DNA of 63,395 nt, filler included, from Fonticula-like sp. SCN 57-25 (lineage: Eukaryota): assembly GCA_001724245.1 (NCBI GenBank). It is 2 parts of 2 records of this genome, joined end to end, with 100 filler letters (N's around TTAATTAATTAA, not from the genome) between each part and the next. Parts side by side here need not be neighbours in the genome. Positions count along the whole stretch, not along the records: positions 1 to 31,715 come from MEDX01000044.1; positions 31,816 to 63,395 come from MEDX01000045.1. The stretch is one strand, 5' to 3'. Positions 30,487 to 41,456 of the stretch are shown piece by piece. Position 1 is the first letter of the stretch. Each line of letters begins with the position of its first letter. Both the position numbers and the translations under genes were made by a program. Below the pieces are notes generated by a model. The model worked only from the letters and a program-made list of their open reading frames with translations, was not told the DNA's origin and made no database searches.

Positions 30487-32227
30487 TTACAAAAAGGGTG
30501 TCTCGATCGATACAAATGTGGCAATGGGAAACACGAGGCTGTCCTGCTCTGCGCCGGCCGCCGCGAGCGGGTCGCGCATTGGCTGCAGCTTGACCTTGTG
30601 CACCCCGCTGATGAGCACATTGTCGATGAGCATATCAAACTGCCTCTTTGACTGGTCCTCAATCTCGACCGAGTTGACATATAGCGACGTCCCCTCGTCA
30701 AACATCCCCGTCGGCTTCTTATTGGCCGTCTTTCGCCCCGCGTCCACGTCGAGCAAAAAGAGCTCGAGGCAGTTTGCCGACGGCCTCACGGTCGCCGCGT
30801 GCTCGGCCGTGCGCGGGAAGCGCGACACCTGCACCGAAAAGAAGGCGCGCTGCGTGATGGTCGGCGCGGCCACCGCAACACCCGCCACATTGATCTCGAG
30901 GTATTTTAGCGACACCTCGGGCGGCGAAAAGCGCTTGTTGGCCGACGCCGACGCCGCAAACGCCCGCTGGCCAAGCTCAAACCCAAAGAGACACGGCATC
31001 GTGCGACGCTGCAGAATGCCCGCCGACGGCGAGTAAATCACCTCAACCTGGTACACTTGTAGCGGGAACACGTGATTGGCATGGTGAAGGTAGTGCTCCG
31101 TAACGCCGCGCACAAAGGACGCAGGCGTCGTGCCGCGCACATTCACCTCCTAAAGGCAAAAGTAATGTCAGCAAAAAGAATGGAAAAGTCGCGGGAAACG
31201 CACGCCAGGCGACGAACGACGCCGCGACTGGTCGATGCGCTTTGTCAGCATTTCGCGGATGTCTCCTGTGTCGTGCGCGGCGTCGGCGGGCGCGCCCGCG
31301 GCAGTCACAGACGACGCGCGCCGCTCGCGCCTGGTGGCAAGTGCAGGGACGAGGCTCATCGCCGCGCGCAGGCCCAGGACCACCTGGCGGCCGTACCAGG
31401 CGTCGGCAAGGCCGATAGACGCCGCGAGCTTGTTGGTGCGCCCCGCCGGAACAACGTAAAACACAATGGACAAGTTGTCAAAGAGCTCCTTTTTCGTGGC
31501 GCGCAGGTTGGCGTACGCGCACGCCACGTTGTGCACGGTCATGTCGCCGCCGACGACGGCGACCTTGAGGTGGACATGCGCGGAGCGGTCCGTGTGGCGA
31601 CGGAGGATGCGCTCGAGGGTCGCCATGGCGCCAAATTCCATGCCGTCCGTCGGCCGCCCGGCAGAGAACATAAACGCGCCCTCGTCAAGCTCCTCCCAAT
31701 CAATCGCAAGACTAGNNNNNNNNNNNNNNNNNNNNNNNNNNNNNNNNNNNNNNNNNNNNTTAATTAATTAANNNNNNNNNNNNNNNNNNNNNNNNNNNNN
31801 NNNNNNNNNNNNNNNGCTACTCCGTCCCAAGCTGGGTCAAACGGTGAGCCTCGGGCAATAGCCAAAGCAGGCAGAGTCAGAGAGATGCGTACTCGACAGG
31901 TCCTCTTGCCGGGGGATGGCGATCACGCCCTGCACCAAGAATTCGTCCATCTTTAACCTGCCACCAGCAACTGTTAAAACACATATACTCAATAAAGCAT
32001 GTCGCGCACAATTCGCCGAGAACGGCAGCCTCTGCTGGCGCGAGGGTGTCCTGTCGAAGGAGCAGCAGCCGCTTCAGGTCCGCAAAAGGCTCTTCTTCGC
32101 GGACGAGAGGGGGGGCCGCCGCGTTTCGAGCGGGCGTCCGTGGAGCAGAGGGGCTTTCATGGGCCCTGCTAGAAGAGCCCCTCGGTGGCGTAGCAGGCGC
32201 CTCCGCCTTGCTCTTAAAGAGCCACAT
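30487..32227 (-). CDS. PACS (phosphofurin acidic cluster sorting)-like protein, interrupted by an assembly gap
   Basis: LKVAVVGGD...FYVVPAGRTNKLAASIGLADAWY and C-terminal MLIDNV...FPIATF resemble the PACS-1/2 C-terminal domain; the 5' exons (MWLFKSK...) lie beyond the gap and the join is assumed. Confidence 0.6.
31716..31815. other. Artificial scaffold linker (44 N + TTAATTAATTAA + 44 N)
   Basis: A 12-mer giving stops in all six frames, centred in a 100-bp N run. Confidence 0.97.
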
Positions 32228-32348
32228 TGCACGATGCCTGCTCCAGCTCGGTGCTGACGCCAACAGAAGACTGTTTGCAGATTGCAGCCGTTTAGTCAGT
32301 TTGCAGTTTGCATCAAGCCTCGCGGTGCGCTGCGGCTGACAGACAGCG

Positions 32349-33427
32349 ATGGAGCGGCGCCTGCTATCGCCGGGCGAGCGGCAATTTGTTCGCGACGGCA
32401 TTGAAGCGGACATTCGTGCGGACGGACGGTCATGCCTCGACGCGCGTGAATTCACCGTCTCGACGGGGCTGGTGGCCCAGGCGAGCGGATCTGCCCGCGT
32501 GATGCTCGATACGACCGATGTCCTGGTAGGCATCAAGGCCGAGTTTGGAGAGACTGAGCCCGGTGCGCCGGACCGCGGGCGCGTTTTGTGCTCTGTTGAA
32601 TGGTACGTCCTAGGGAATTGAAATATATGTTTACTTATTGCGTGTTGCAGTGCCGCGAGTGCCTCGCAGGACTTTGAAGGCCGCGGTGGCGAGGCTGTAA
32701 ATCTTGAGCTAACACAGACGCTCGAGGGCGTCCTTGCCCACGAGACATGCCTGGACCTCAAGTCGCTTTGTCTCATCCCCGGTCGGCAGTGCTGGATTCT
32801 CTACGTCGATGTTATCGTTCTTGATTTCGGCGGCAACGTAGTAGACGCGATGGTCATGGCTGCGCGCGCGGCTCTGGCCGATCTCAAGTACGGCATCGAC
32901 GAATGCGGTGTATAATGTGGGCTAACTCTTGGCGAACAGGATTCCTAATGTGGTGGTGGAGGGCGCAGATTCAGACCAGCCCAGCATTGAGGTGCCTGAC
33001 GATCCGCAGGACGTTCGTTCATTGGACATTTCGCGCGTCCCCCTCTCGGTATCCCTCTACAAGGTACCGGGGCATCTCGTGGTATGCACTTGTGGCTAAT
33101 GCTACGGTTAGGTTGGCGAGCGCGTTATTGTAGACCCCACGCTGGTTGAGGAGGCGTGCGCGGACGCTGCCGTGGTCGTGGCGGTCAACAAGGCCGGAAA
33201 TATCTGCATGGTGCGGAAGCGCGGGCGAGGCGGACTCGACCCCCGCGTTGTAATGGATATGATCAAGGTGCGTTGTCGGCAACGTATTTATTGTTCTAAC
33301 GTGGCTGTAGACGGGGCGGAGAATCGGCCAGGCGCTGCTGGAAAAGCTCGAGGCGGACCTCAAGGCAGAGTCGTCATCAACGGTGCCGCGCGTTGCTTTC
33401 TTTGCGCACCGGTTCATCTCAAAATAG
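32349..33427 (+). CDS. EXOSC7: Exosome complex component Rrp42
   Basis: LSPGERQFVRDGIEADIRADGRS...QASGSARVML..TDVLVGIKAE; LCLIPGRQCWILYVD; VDPTLVEE. Confidence 0.95.
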
Positions 33428-33601
33428 TCTTTTCCTTTTGTCGTAAATAGAAAACCACTTGTTTTATAGGCATTTTCGTCACCATTATCGGGGCATTTGC
33501 TCAATACTAACAGAGAGATCGCTAATCTCCATTGGGATATCAAAAAAGTACAAAAAATGCGATATGATATAGGTATGGGTACATCCAAGCGGAACGCAAC
33601 A

Positions 33602-35245
33602 TCATTCATGCTTGGCCTTTTGCGATTGCAAGCAGCACCGCTTGAGCAGCACGGCCGCAGAAACCAGCACAGCGACGCAGACCCACCCCGTGGCGTAGTC
33701 ACAGCCCGCCGCACGGAACGTGTCAATTGTCCATGCCAAGGGGTCGCCGAGCCGTGGGTCGGGCGGCGGTGACGGTATCTGCGCAGACGCGAGTTCGGCG
33801 CGGCGCAGGTACGTGCTGTAGAAGCGCAGACTCTCCGACAGAAGGCGGAAGGTGTGGATCAGGGCGACAAGCTCATTGCGCGACAGTTGGTAGTCGACCG
33901 TGCTGAGGTACGGGTTAGCAACGCGATTCAACCAATGAATGGTGGGACGCACCCAAACTGGCTATACGCGTCAAACGAAAAGAGAATTTTGAATGCGGTT
34001 CCGTAGCCTGCATGTCATACGTCAGTATCCAAAGAGAGGGAAAAAAGGGCAGTACCCGTGATCTGGACCTTGCTCCAGAGGCGGCACTTTTCGCACCCAA
34101 CGCAGTCGGTAATGCGCGAAATATTGCGGAAGCGCTCCTTGAACTGGTTCTTGAGAAAGTCGGCGTTCGTGTCTTGGAACAGCAGATGCTCGTCAAAGGT
34201 GGGCGGGCACCCGTTCGTCGTCGACACCAGCGACCGCAGGAGAGCCTACAGCAATGGTCAGTATCAATAAGGGGCTAATATAGCGACAGAGGCAAACCTG
34301 AACATGGCGGTCCTCCTCTTCGCCGCCCGCGGCGATCTGGTAGTTGGCAATGTAGTGGTTGAGCTTGGTCACGGCGCGCAGAACGACGACATACGAAAAG
34401 TAGAGGTTCTTAACGCGCTCGGGGAAGGCCTCGAGCCGCTCGCGAAAGACCGAGTCATTAAAGTACTAGCGGCAAAGCAAGGTAAGTAGCTGAAAGAAGC
34501 AAAGTTAATGTAGCGTCGTACAAAGATGTTCTTTTCGCTGTCGTGGTAGCGAGCGCCCAGGTGCGCGGTGATCGACGAGTGCATCCCCGAGATCACGCGG
34601 TGGAAACTTCTCGCCTCAATGCACTGCGCGTCAATGGGGTTGCTCTCGTCCACAACAAAGCAGTTTTCTTCGTAAATTGCGTTCCAGATGCGCTGCGACG
34701 GCAGGCCCGAGAACCCAGTGTACGTCTCGGGGTTACGCTGGAGGTTGATGTACGCACAATCGGGGTCCGTCTCTTCCAGCATGCAAAAGTCCTTCTCGGT
34801 AGTAATGCACGACGTCACCACAGGGAAGCCTTGGTGTGAAAAGTCAACGCGCGTAATGCGCTGCTCGCTGTCTTCAAAGGGGACGTCCTCATCATCCTGC
34901 CGGTCCACCGTCGTCAACTACAGATCGCAGCAAGCATCGTGTGCGTACCTCGTCAATTGCGCAGTTGCGGTTGACGCATTGCGCGTTCTCGTGCCAAAAG
35001 GGACACTCTCGCCGGATATTTGCGCGAAAGTAGCGGAAGAAGGTGGTGTCGGCAAGCTCGTCGAGCAGTGGCCCTACCTTCTCGTTGATGGCGTCCACAT
35101 CGGTCAGCTCGCAGCAGCAATCTTCCAGGGGGGTTGCTCCAGGGACGATATCGTCGGAGCAGCCACAGCGTGCCCCGAATGTGGCAACAGCAGCAATAGG
35201 TGCCAAGAGTAGCAGTGCTACTACAAGGAAGCGGCGAAGCCCCAT
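33602..35245 (-). CDS. ERO1: ER oxidoreductin 1 with C-terminal TM segment
   Basis: Signal peptide; [65 protein letters not shown]. Confidence 0.96.
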
Positions 35246-35577
35246 CGTCCACCGCGCCAAGCCCGACACTTCGGCTGACGTGTTGTGCGTAAAGTCGCAA
35301 ACTGCAAACTGATCGAAGTTGTTTATGTTTCGACAAGTGGAAGCAATTGGGCACGAATGGGCATGCCTGTTGTGGATCTCCAAGAAAAGGCAATTGTTCA
35401 ATGCAAGTCCATACATTAGGTATGGGGACACTACATTCTTGTACGATAAAATTAACATTCGAGCCAATATGGACAGGCGTATGCGGAACCAGCAAAAGCA
35501 TAGTGTCCCCAAGCCGCCTGCCTGCCTCGGACCCCAAGAAAAGAGATAGTATGGTAAAAGTACATGCGCAATAACGC

Positions 35578-36339
35578 TTATTTAACAACAACCTTGAACG
35601 AGCCTAAAAATACCAAGCGGTTATGTCAGCAAGGCAAGTCCCACATCGCGAGCGGCAGGACGTACACATTGGCGGCGTCGCCTGCTCCATAGAAACAGTG
35701 CAAGCCACACCAAGGCTCGCCAGACCTCCCCGGATCAGCCCGCAGGCAAACGCACAGTACTGCAGGGTGTCAGCAACAAAGTGTTTGATCAGCAAGGGGG
35801 ATCGTCGATGCGTACAGACCGCGCCGTTTGCGGGTTCTGCGCGGCAGACCCGAGCCTCAAAAACCACTGAAAGTTGTTATCCTGGAGGACAAAAGTGCCC
35901 TAATATATGGTTGTTAGACATGAAACTCTTTTCTTTCCCCTTCGCGGCGAGTGGCAGGCGCACCTTGTGGTTCGTGCGAAGGTGATCGATCGACCGGCGA
36001 AAGACCGTCGTCCAGAACGAGCTGCAGATGAACCGGATTTGGTCCATCGTGTCCGAGAACCGAAGATGATCCTTGGAAATTCTATTAAAACATATCACAC
36101 ATTAATAAGCACATCGAACGCCTCGCCAATCACACGTACCGTTCTACCAAACGGAGGCCGACGGCATGGCCAAGCTCTTCGATGACCTTCAAGGCTGACT
36201 CGCGGTCTTCCGGTGTCGTGGCTCCGCTCAGCGCCCATGACACAATTTCAAAGTGCAATAGCTCCATGCAGGTCTCATTGACTTCGCGAGCGCTCTCCAG
36301 CGCAATCGACGACATGGTAGTCGTCAAGGCCGCCGCCAT
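35578..36339 (-). CDS. TRAPPC6: TRAPP complex subunit 6 (Trs33)
   Basis: LGHAVGLRLVER; IRFICSSFWTTVFRRSIDHLRTNHKG; FACGLIRGGLASLG. Confidence 0.93.
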
Positions 36340-36437
36340 TGTCGTTCCTGGCGGGTAAGGAGATGGTGCAAATAACAACAGCTATCCACGTGGACATTAT
36401 AATCGCACAGTCACGTGATCTCAAGAGCGCGCCCATC

Positions 36438-37542
36438 ATGTCGGACGTCCATGGCGTTGACGACGGGGAGGAGGGATCTGGCGGTATTTGGTGGCTGCTC
36501 CTCCTCTGTATCATGATGCTGTGCGGCTCTTTTGCTGCAGGAATGGTGCCATTAGTCATGCAGGTGCGATTTCGCTCTTTGGTCGGTATCGCTGTTTGTT
36601 GACATTGCGGGATCGCCCCTCGTTTGTTTGGCCGTTCTGCGTTGCCGTAGCTGAGCCAAGATCGCCTTCGCCTCCTGTCGACTTATGGTGCTGGATTATT
36701 AGTGGGCACCGCCCTTATCATTATTCTTCCTGAAGGCGTCGAAGTGCGTCTCTCACCTTCCTTTGTTGCGATCCTGATGCCCTTATCGTAGGCCCTATAC
36801 CACGGCGAGCCCGGCGAGGAGGCCTCTGGCCATGGCTACCTTGGCCTTTCCCTCATCCTCGGCTTTCTCGCAATGCTATTGGTTGAGCAGCTTTCTCCGA
36901 GCGGCGAGTCGCACGCACCATCTTCGCGCGTGGCGCCGCTGACCCCTCCCGTCCACGCACAGAACACCGAGCGCGAGTTCCAGTTCACGCCGACCTTCCT
37001 CGGCATCCTGGTGCACGCGGCTGCTGACGGCCTTGCCTTTGGCGGCGCGGCGGCGGGTAACAATCACCGCCTCGAGATGGTGATCTTTCTCGCCATCATG
37101 ATCCACAAGGCGCCGGCTGCCTTTGGCATGACGTCATACATGCTCAGCCAGTCGTTCTCGCGGCGGGCCGTGCAGAAGCAGCTGCTCATCTTTTCGTGCG
37201 TTGCGCCGACGTTCACCATCCTGACGTACCTGCTGGTGACAAACATCCATGTGACGGGCCCGCAGCACGTATGGACGGGCGCGGTGCTGCTCTTCTCGGC
37301 GGGGTCCTTTTTGTACGTCGCGACCGTGCACGTACTGCCAGAGGTCAGGCAGCCGCCTTCGGCGTCGGACATGTCCAATGGAAGCGCGCACTCGCACGCA
37401 CACGGGCACAGGTTGCCTTGGGTACGCGCTGGCCTTGTTTTGTGCTGCGGTCCGCTAACAGTGAGGCTTGTAGGTGCAGCTGCTGGTTCTCGTCTTTGGC
37501 ATGCTGTCGCCATTGTTAATGCAGGTGAACCATTCGCACTGA
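36438..37542 (+). CDS. SLC39A9: ZIP-family metal transporter, ZIP9/Atx2-like
   Basis: GAGLLVGTALIIILPEG; LGILVHAAADGLAFG; IMIHKAPAAFG; FSAGSFLYVATVHVLPE; His-rich loop. Confidence 0.92.
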
Positions 37543-37716
37543 CGAGGCGGGCGCGAATGCAAGAATTATTGTTATTTTAGAGGGTGCGGGCGCGGCGTTA
37601 AAGACGCATTGTACATAATTAATTGGAGTTTTGATTCGATAAACATAAACATTCAGTGACATGTTCACAACAAAAGCGTAGTGATCCAGTATAAAGCGGG
37701 TATTATTATGGTATCC

Positions 37717-40502
37717 TTAAAATATCGTACAGTTTTGTGACCCATCAACGGTCCACGCAATCTTGCGGTAGTCTGTCCTATTGCGGATAAACTGGCGCAG
37801 GTCCTCTGGCGTAAACTGGTCCACGCCCTCAATGTCCTCTGCTGCCCGCAGCACCGACACGAGCTCATCTCCCGACAAGATAAACATCTTGCCAATAATC
37901 TGCAGCGCCGATGTCTGCAGCCGGCCCTCCTTGGTCGGGGTGAGGCGCGACAACAGCATAGAGTAGAACGAAAGGTCGCTGGACGAGCGTCAGCAACGAA
38001 TAATAAAATGATATAAAGGAGCGTACCAGGTAAGCTGGCGAGCGCCGTCGGCACTCACCGTGAACCGCTTCAAGTGATCAATAATGCCCCTGAAAGAAGA
38101 GATCATGAGAATGACTCAAAAGAGTGTTTGGTTGGTGCGCACAGGAAAAAGCGCTGGCCAATCTCGTTGAGGAGTGCCTCGCGGATGCTGTCGTCGACGA
38201 CCGACACAACCTCGTTGGCGTGAATGTTGACAATATCGCAGGCAAAGGTGCACGCCTTGGTCGGCTGGATCTGGTCGGCGGGCGGCGGCTCGCGAATAAA
38301 GTCGTCCTTGTGCTGCTCGCTGTCGAGCACGCGCTTGGCACGCCACAGGAGCACTGAAATGGAACTGTTAGCATTGGCGCGTGGGGAAAGCAAAAAAAGC
38401 GCACAATTGATACTCTCGTCGATGCCGCCGGCGACCAGCTCGTCCAGCACGCGCTCAAAGCGCTTCTTGCTCGCCACTGACTTTTGGTCCTTTCCGGCAA
38501 GGAGCGGCTCGACGTGCGACTCGAAAAGCGCCTGGACAATCTGCTGCAGCAGGTCGGCCATGTGGACAAGGTCAAAGAAGCCCGTCGAAAGGTCGCGCGC
38601 GTGCTTGACGAGGTCGGTCGAGGTTGACTCTTGCTCAGTGATCCACGACATGGCGGACGAAGCGCTGAATGGGCATGAGCAGGTGCGTAAAGGAACAGAG
38701 GGATACGCACAGTTCCATGGCGGGCCGCAATAGACACCCGCCCATCAGGTCCAAGAAGAGCTGGAAAATGGTCTCGTATGTGTGGACGCTGAGCAGCAAA
38801 AAGCGTCAATATTGCGTCAACAAGAAACAGACATGACAGTCGCGTACAATTGTGTCTCAGAAACGAGGCGAACGGCGCGCGACCGCGTCAATGATTCACA
38901 TACGGCATACTTGAGCTCCAGGGCGAGCTCGGTAGACACGAGCTCGGGAAGCGCGCGCTTGTCCAGCACGACATTCTCGAGCGGGGAAGACGCTGACGCC
39001 GTCAGCGGCGTGACAGGCGTGGTGTTCACAATCATCGCCGACAGGTCATAGTTTTCTTTGATTGCGTGTCAGGGTCAGCGCGCGTGCTTCAGAGATGGCC
39101 GCCGGCGCGTACCGCTAATCTCGTGGCTGCGCACGCAGCGGTCGAATGCGTCGAGCATGCTATTGCGAACGCTCTCGCTATTAACCTGTGCGCGTGTCAG
39201 CACTGAAAAAAAGCATTGCCATCAATTGCGTACCGTGCGTGAGATGCTCATGATTCTCCCCCTAAATGTGCCAAAGATCCACTCCTCTTCCATGAGCAAG
39301 TAGCTGCCGAGGCGACCCATAAAGGTCGTCTCCAGCAGCTCCTGCTTGCGCCCTTCGGGGTCCTTTGGGTACATGGACACCCAGTCCATGGTCTCAAGCA
39401 TCCGTTTCGTTGCGTCGTACACGAGCGAGAGCGTGCGAAGGTACGTCGAGCAGTCCTTGCCCGCCGTCTGAAGGGCAAAGCCGATATGCTCGGACATCTG
39501 GTGGCGGCAGCAAAGGTAAGCAAAAGGAAATTGTACGACAATCTTAAAAGAAGACACATACCGTCTGCTCAAACACGCGCTCAACAAAGAGCAGCTTGAT
39601 GCGCCCAGAGTCCTGGCCAAAGACGCTTTCTATAAGGCTGTTTTGATCGGCCAGCATGACGCCCAACTTGCTCACAAAGTCGCCCATGAACGACTCCACT
39701 TCCTCTGGTCTGTGCTACAGTGGTCAACATAATGAAAAGGTAAAAAAGAGCACGTACGTTCCGCAGCGCGAGGAGCCGCTGGGGAGGACCGAGTCTACGT
39801 CCATGAAAAGGGGGTGCTTGGCCAAGAACGGCTGGACGGCCGACCTCTCAAAGCCGAGCGCCCGCATGACCTCATAATTCAACTGCGCATCGTGAGCATA
39901 TCACATTGCGTCTGTCAACGCGTTCATACCGTCATCTCTGCCACGTTGGAAGAGTCGTACGCCACCTCGAAGCGGAGGAGGGCCTGCGTCTCGACCTCGA
40001 GCACATACTCTTCCAAGCGAGACAACTGTAGAGCAACCATTGTAAGCCAATATATCAGCATTGATTGGTCGCGCAACGCACCTGCTCCTCTGACGAGCGT
40101 TGTACTGCAAACAGATGACTGAGAGTCGTGAACGCTGGCGCGATCGACAGGGCAGTCTGTGCATCGTCGATGAGGAACACTTCCGCCGCATTGGGTGCCA
40201 TCAGCTGAGCAACGAGCGCTCGACATGAGACAACGTGCTCAATGACCTTGGCGCGGTAGTCGACGGAAGAAGACGGCTCCTCCTTGTTGATTTCCTATTC
40301 ATCGCCGCGTCAGTCACACAGTAGAGCTGATGCCGTCACTGCGCACCAGATGCAGCTCGTTGGCTTTGCTGCGCCATAATTCTTGGTCCAACGCAGCCTC
40401 GCGTAACTGCCTACACGTCGCGCCGACAGCGGCAATGTCCTCGAGCTTCAAGAACCCGAGTATACGTCGCAGGGGCTCGGCGCCCAGCTCGCCCAGGTGC
40501 AT
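37717..40502 (-). CDS. F-box plus Sec10-like protein (Rcy1/recyclin-like), many exons
   Basis: N-terminal F-box (LGAEPLRRILGFLKLEDIAAVGATCRQLR..ALDQELW); Sec10-like C-terminus (FTVSADGARQL...FTPEDLRQFIRNRTDY). Confidence 0.75.
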
Positions 40503-40609
40503 CGTGCGATATCAACACGACGAGCGATCGCCGAACAAGTTTCGATCTTGTGCACAGGATTGTCCACATTCTGGTTTTAAACCAACCTATTGTGGGGGTG
40601 GCGGGCAAC

Positions 40610-41360
40610 ATGACGATGGCGGTGCTCGGCAAGATTGGGCGGGCGTTTCGTCAGCGCATCTTCCCCGACCTGGACGTTATGTTTCCTCCGGAGAAGCTGC
40701 TCTACCGATTTGACACGCCTGAGATTCTGAAAAAGCTTCAGTGCGCGTCGGACAAGGATGTCGGCGGTCGGTCCGAGGTCTCCCTCGAGCAGGTGGACGA
40801 CTACCTGCGTTTCAGCGGTAAGCTCTCCAAGGAGCGCGGGCCGAACGTAAAGGAGAGCGGCTATGCGATGATGCGGACGCGGCCACTCCGCCGCGAGTTC
40901 CTCAAGACGCCTGTTCACGACCTGTCAAACTATGACGGCATCGAGTTGCTGCTGCGCGGCGACGGCCGCACCTACTTTCTCAATATCCAGTGCGACAGCC
41001 TGATGCCCGACGACCTGTTCCAGACCTTTCTCCCTACAAAGGCGGGCGAGTGGCAGACTGTGGCCGTGCGTTCCCATTTGCTGCACTTTTCTTTGAACTA
41101 ATAAACTCTCTGCTTAGGTCCCTTTCCACGACTTTCTGCTCACCTACCGCGGCAGCCTGCAGCTCGACCAGCCGCTGCTCAATCGTCGGCGCGTCCAGAC
41201 CATCGGCTTCTCCTTATTCGACGGGCAGCCGCAGCCGTTCCAGCTGGATATCAAGGAGATCCATGCCATCTCTGAGAACGGCCTGATCCAAAAGAAGCTA
41301 ACGTGGCTGCAGGGGCCCGGCACCGACGTCCCGCCGCCCGGCATCGTACCAGACAACTGA
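40610..41360 (+). CDS. NDUFAF1: Complex I assembly factor CIA30 (2 exons)
   Basis: SDKDVGGRS, SGYAMMRT, DLSNYDGIELLLRGDGRTYFLNI, WQTVAVPFHDFLLTYRG. Confidence 0.92.
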
Positions 41361-41456
41361 AAACCACCCGCTCTACCGTGTACATAATGGCTGTATCAAT
41401 AACATTACGATGCAAAAATTGAAATATATTATTAAACAAAGAAATGGCCGGCTCCA

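Noticed and set aside
31716..31815. Palindromic TTAATTAATTAA within N runs
   Set aside because: Artificial contig-joining linker, not biology.
37711..37718. GTATCCTT, the U12-type donor consensus
   Set aside because: On the non-coding strand at a gene 3' end, not at an intron boundary; no minor introns were identified.
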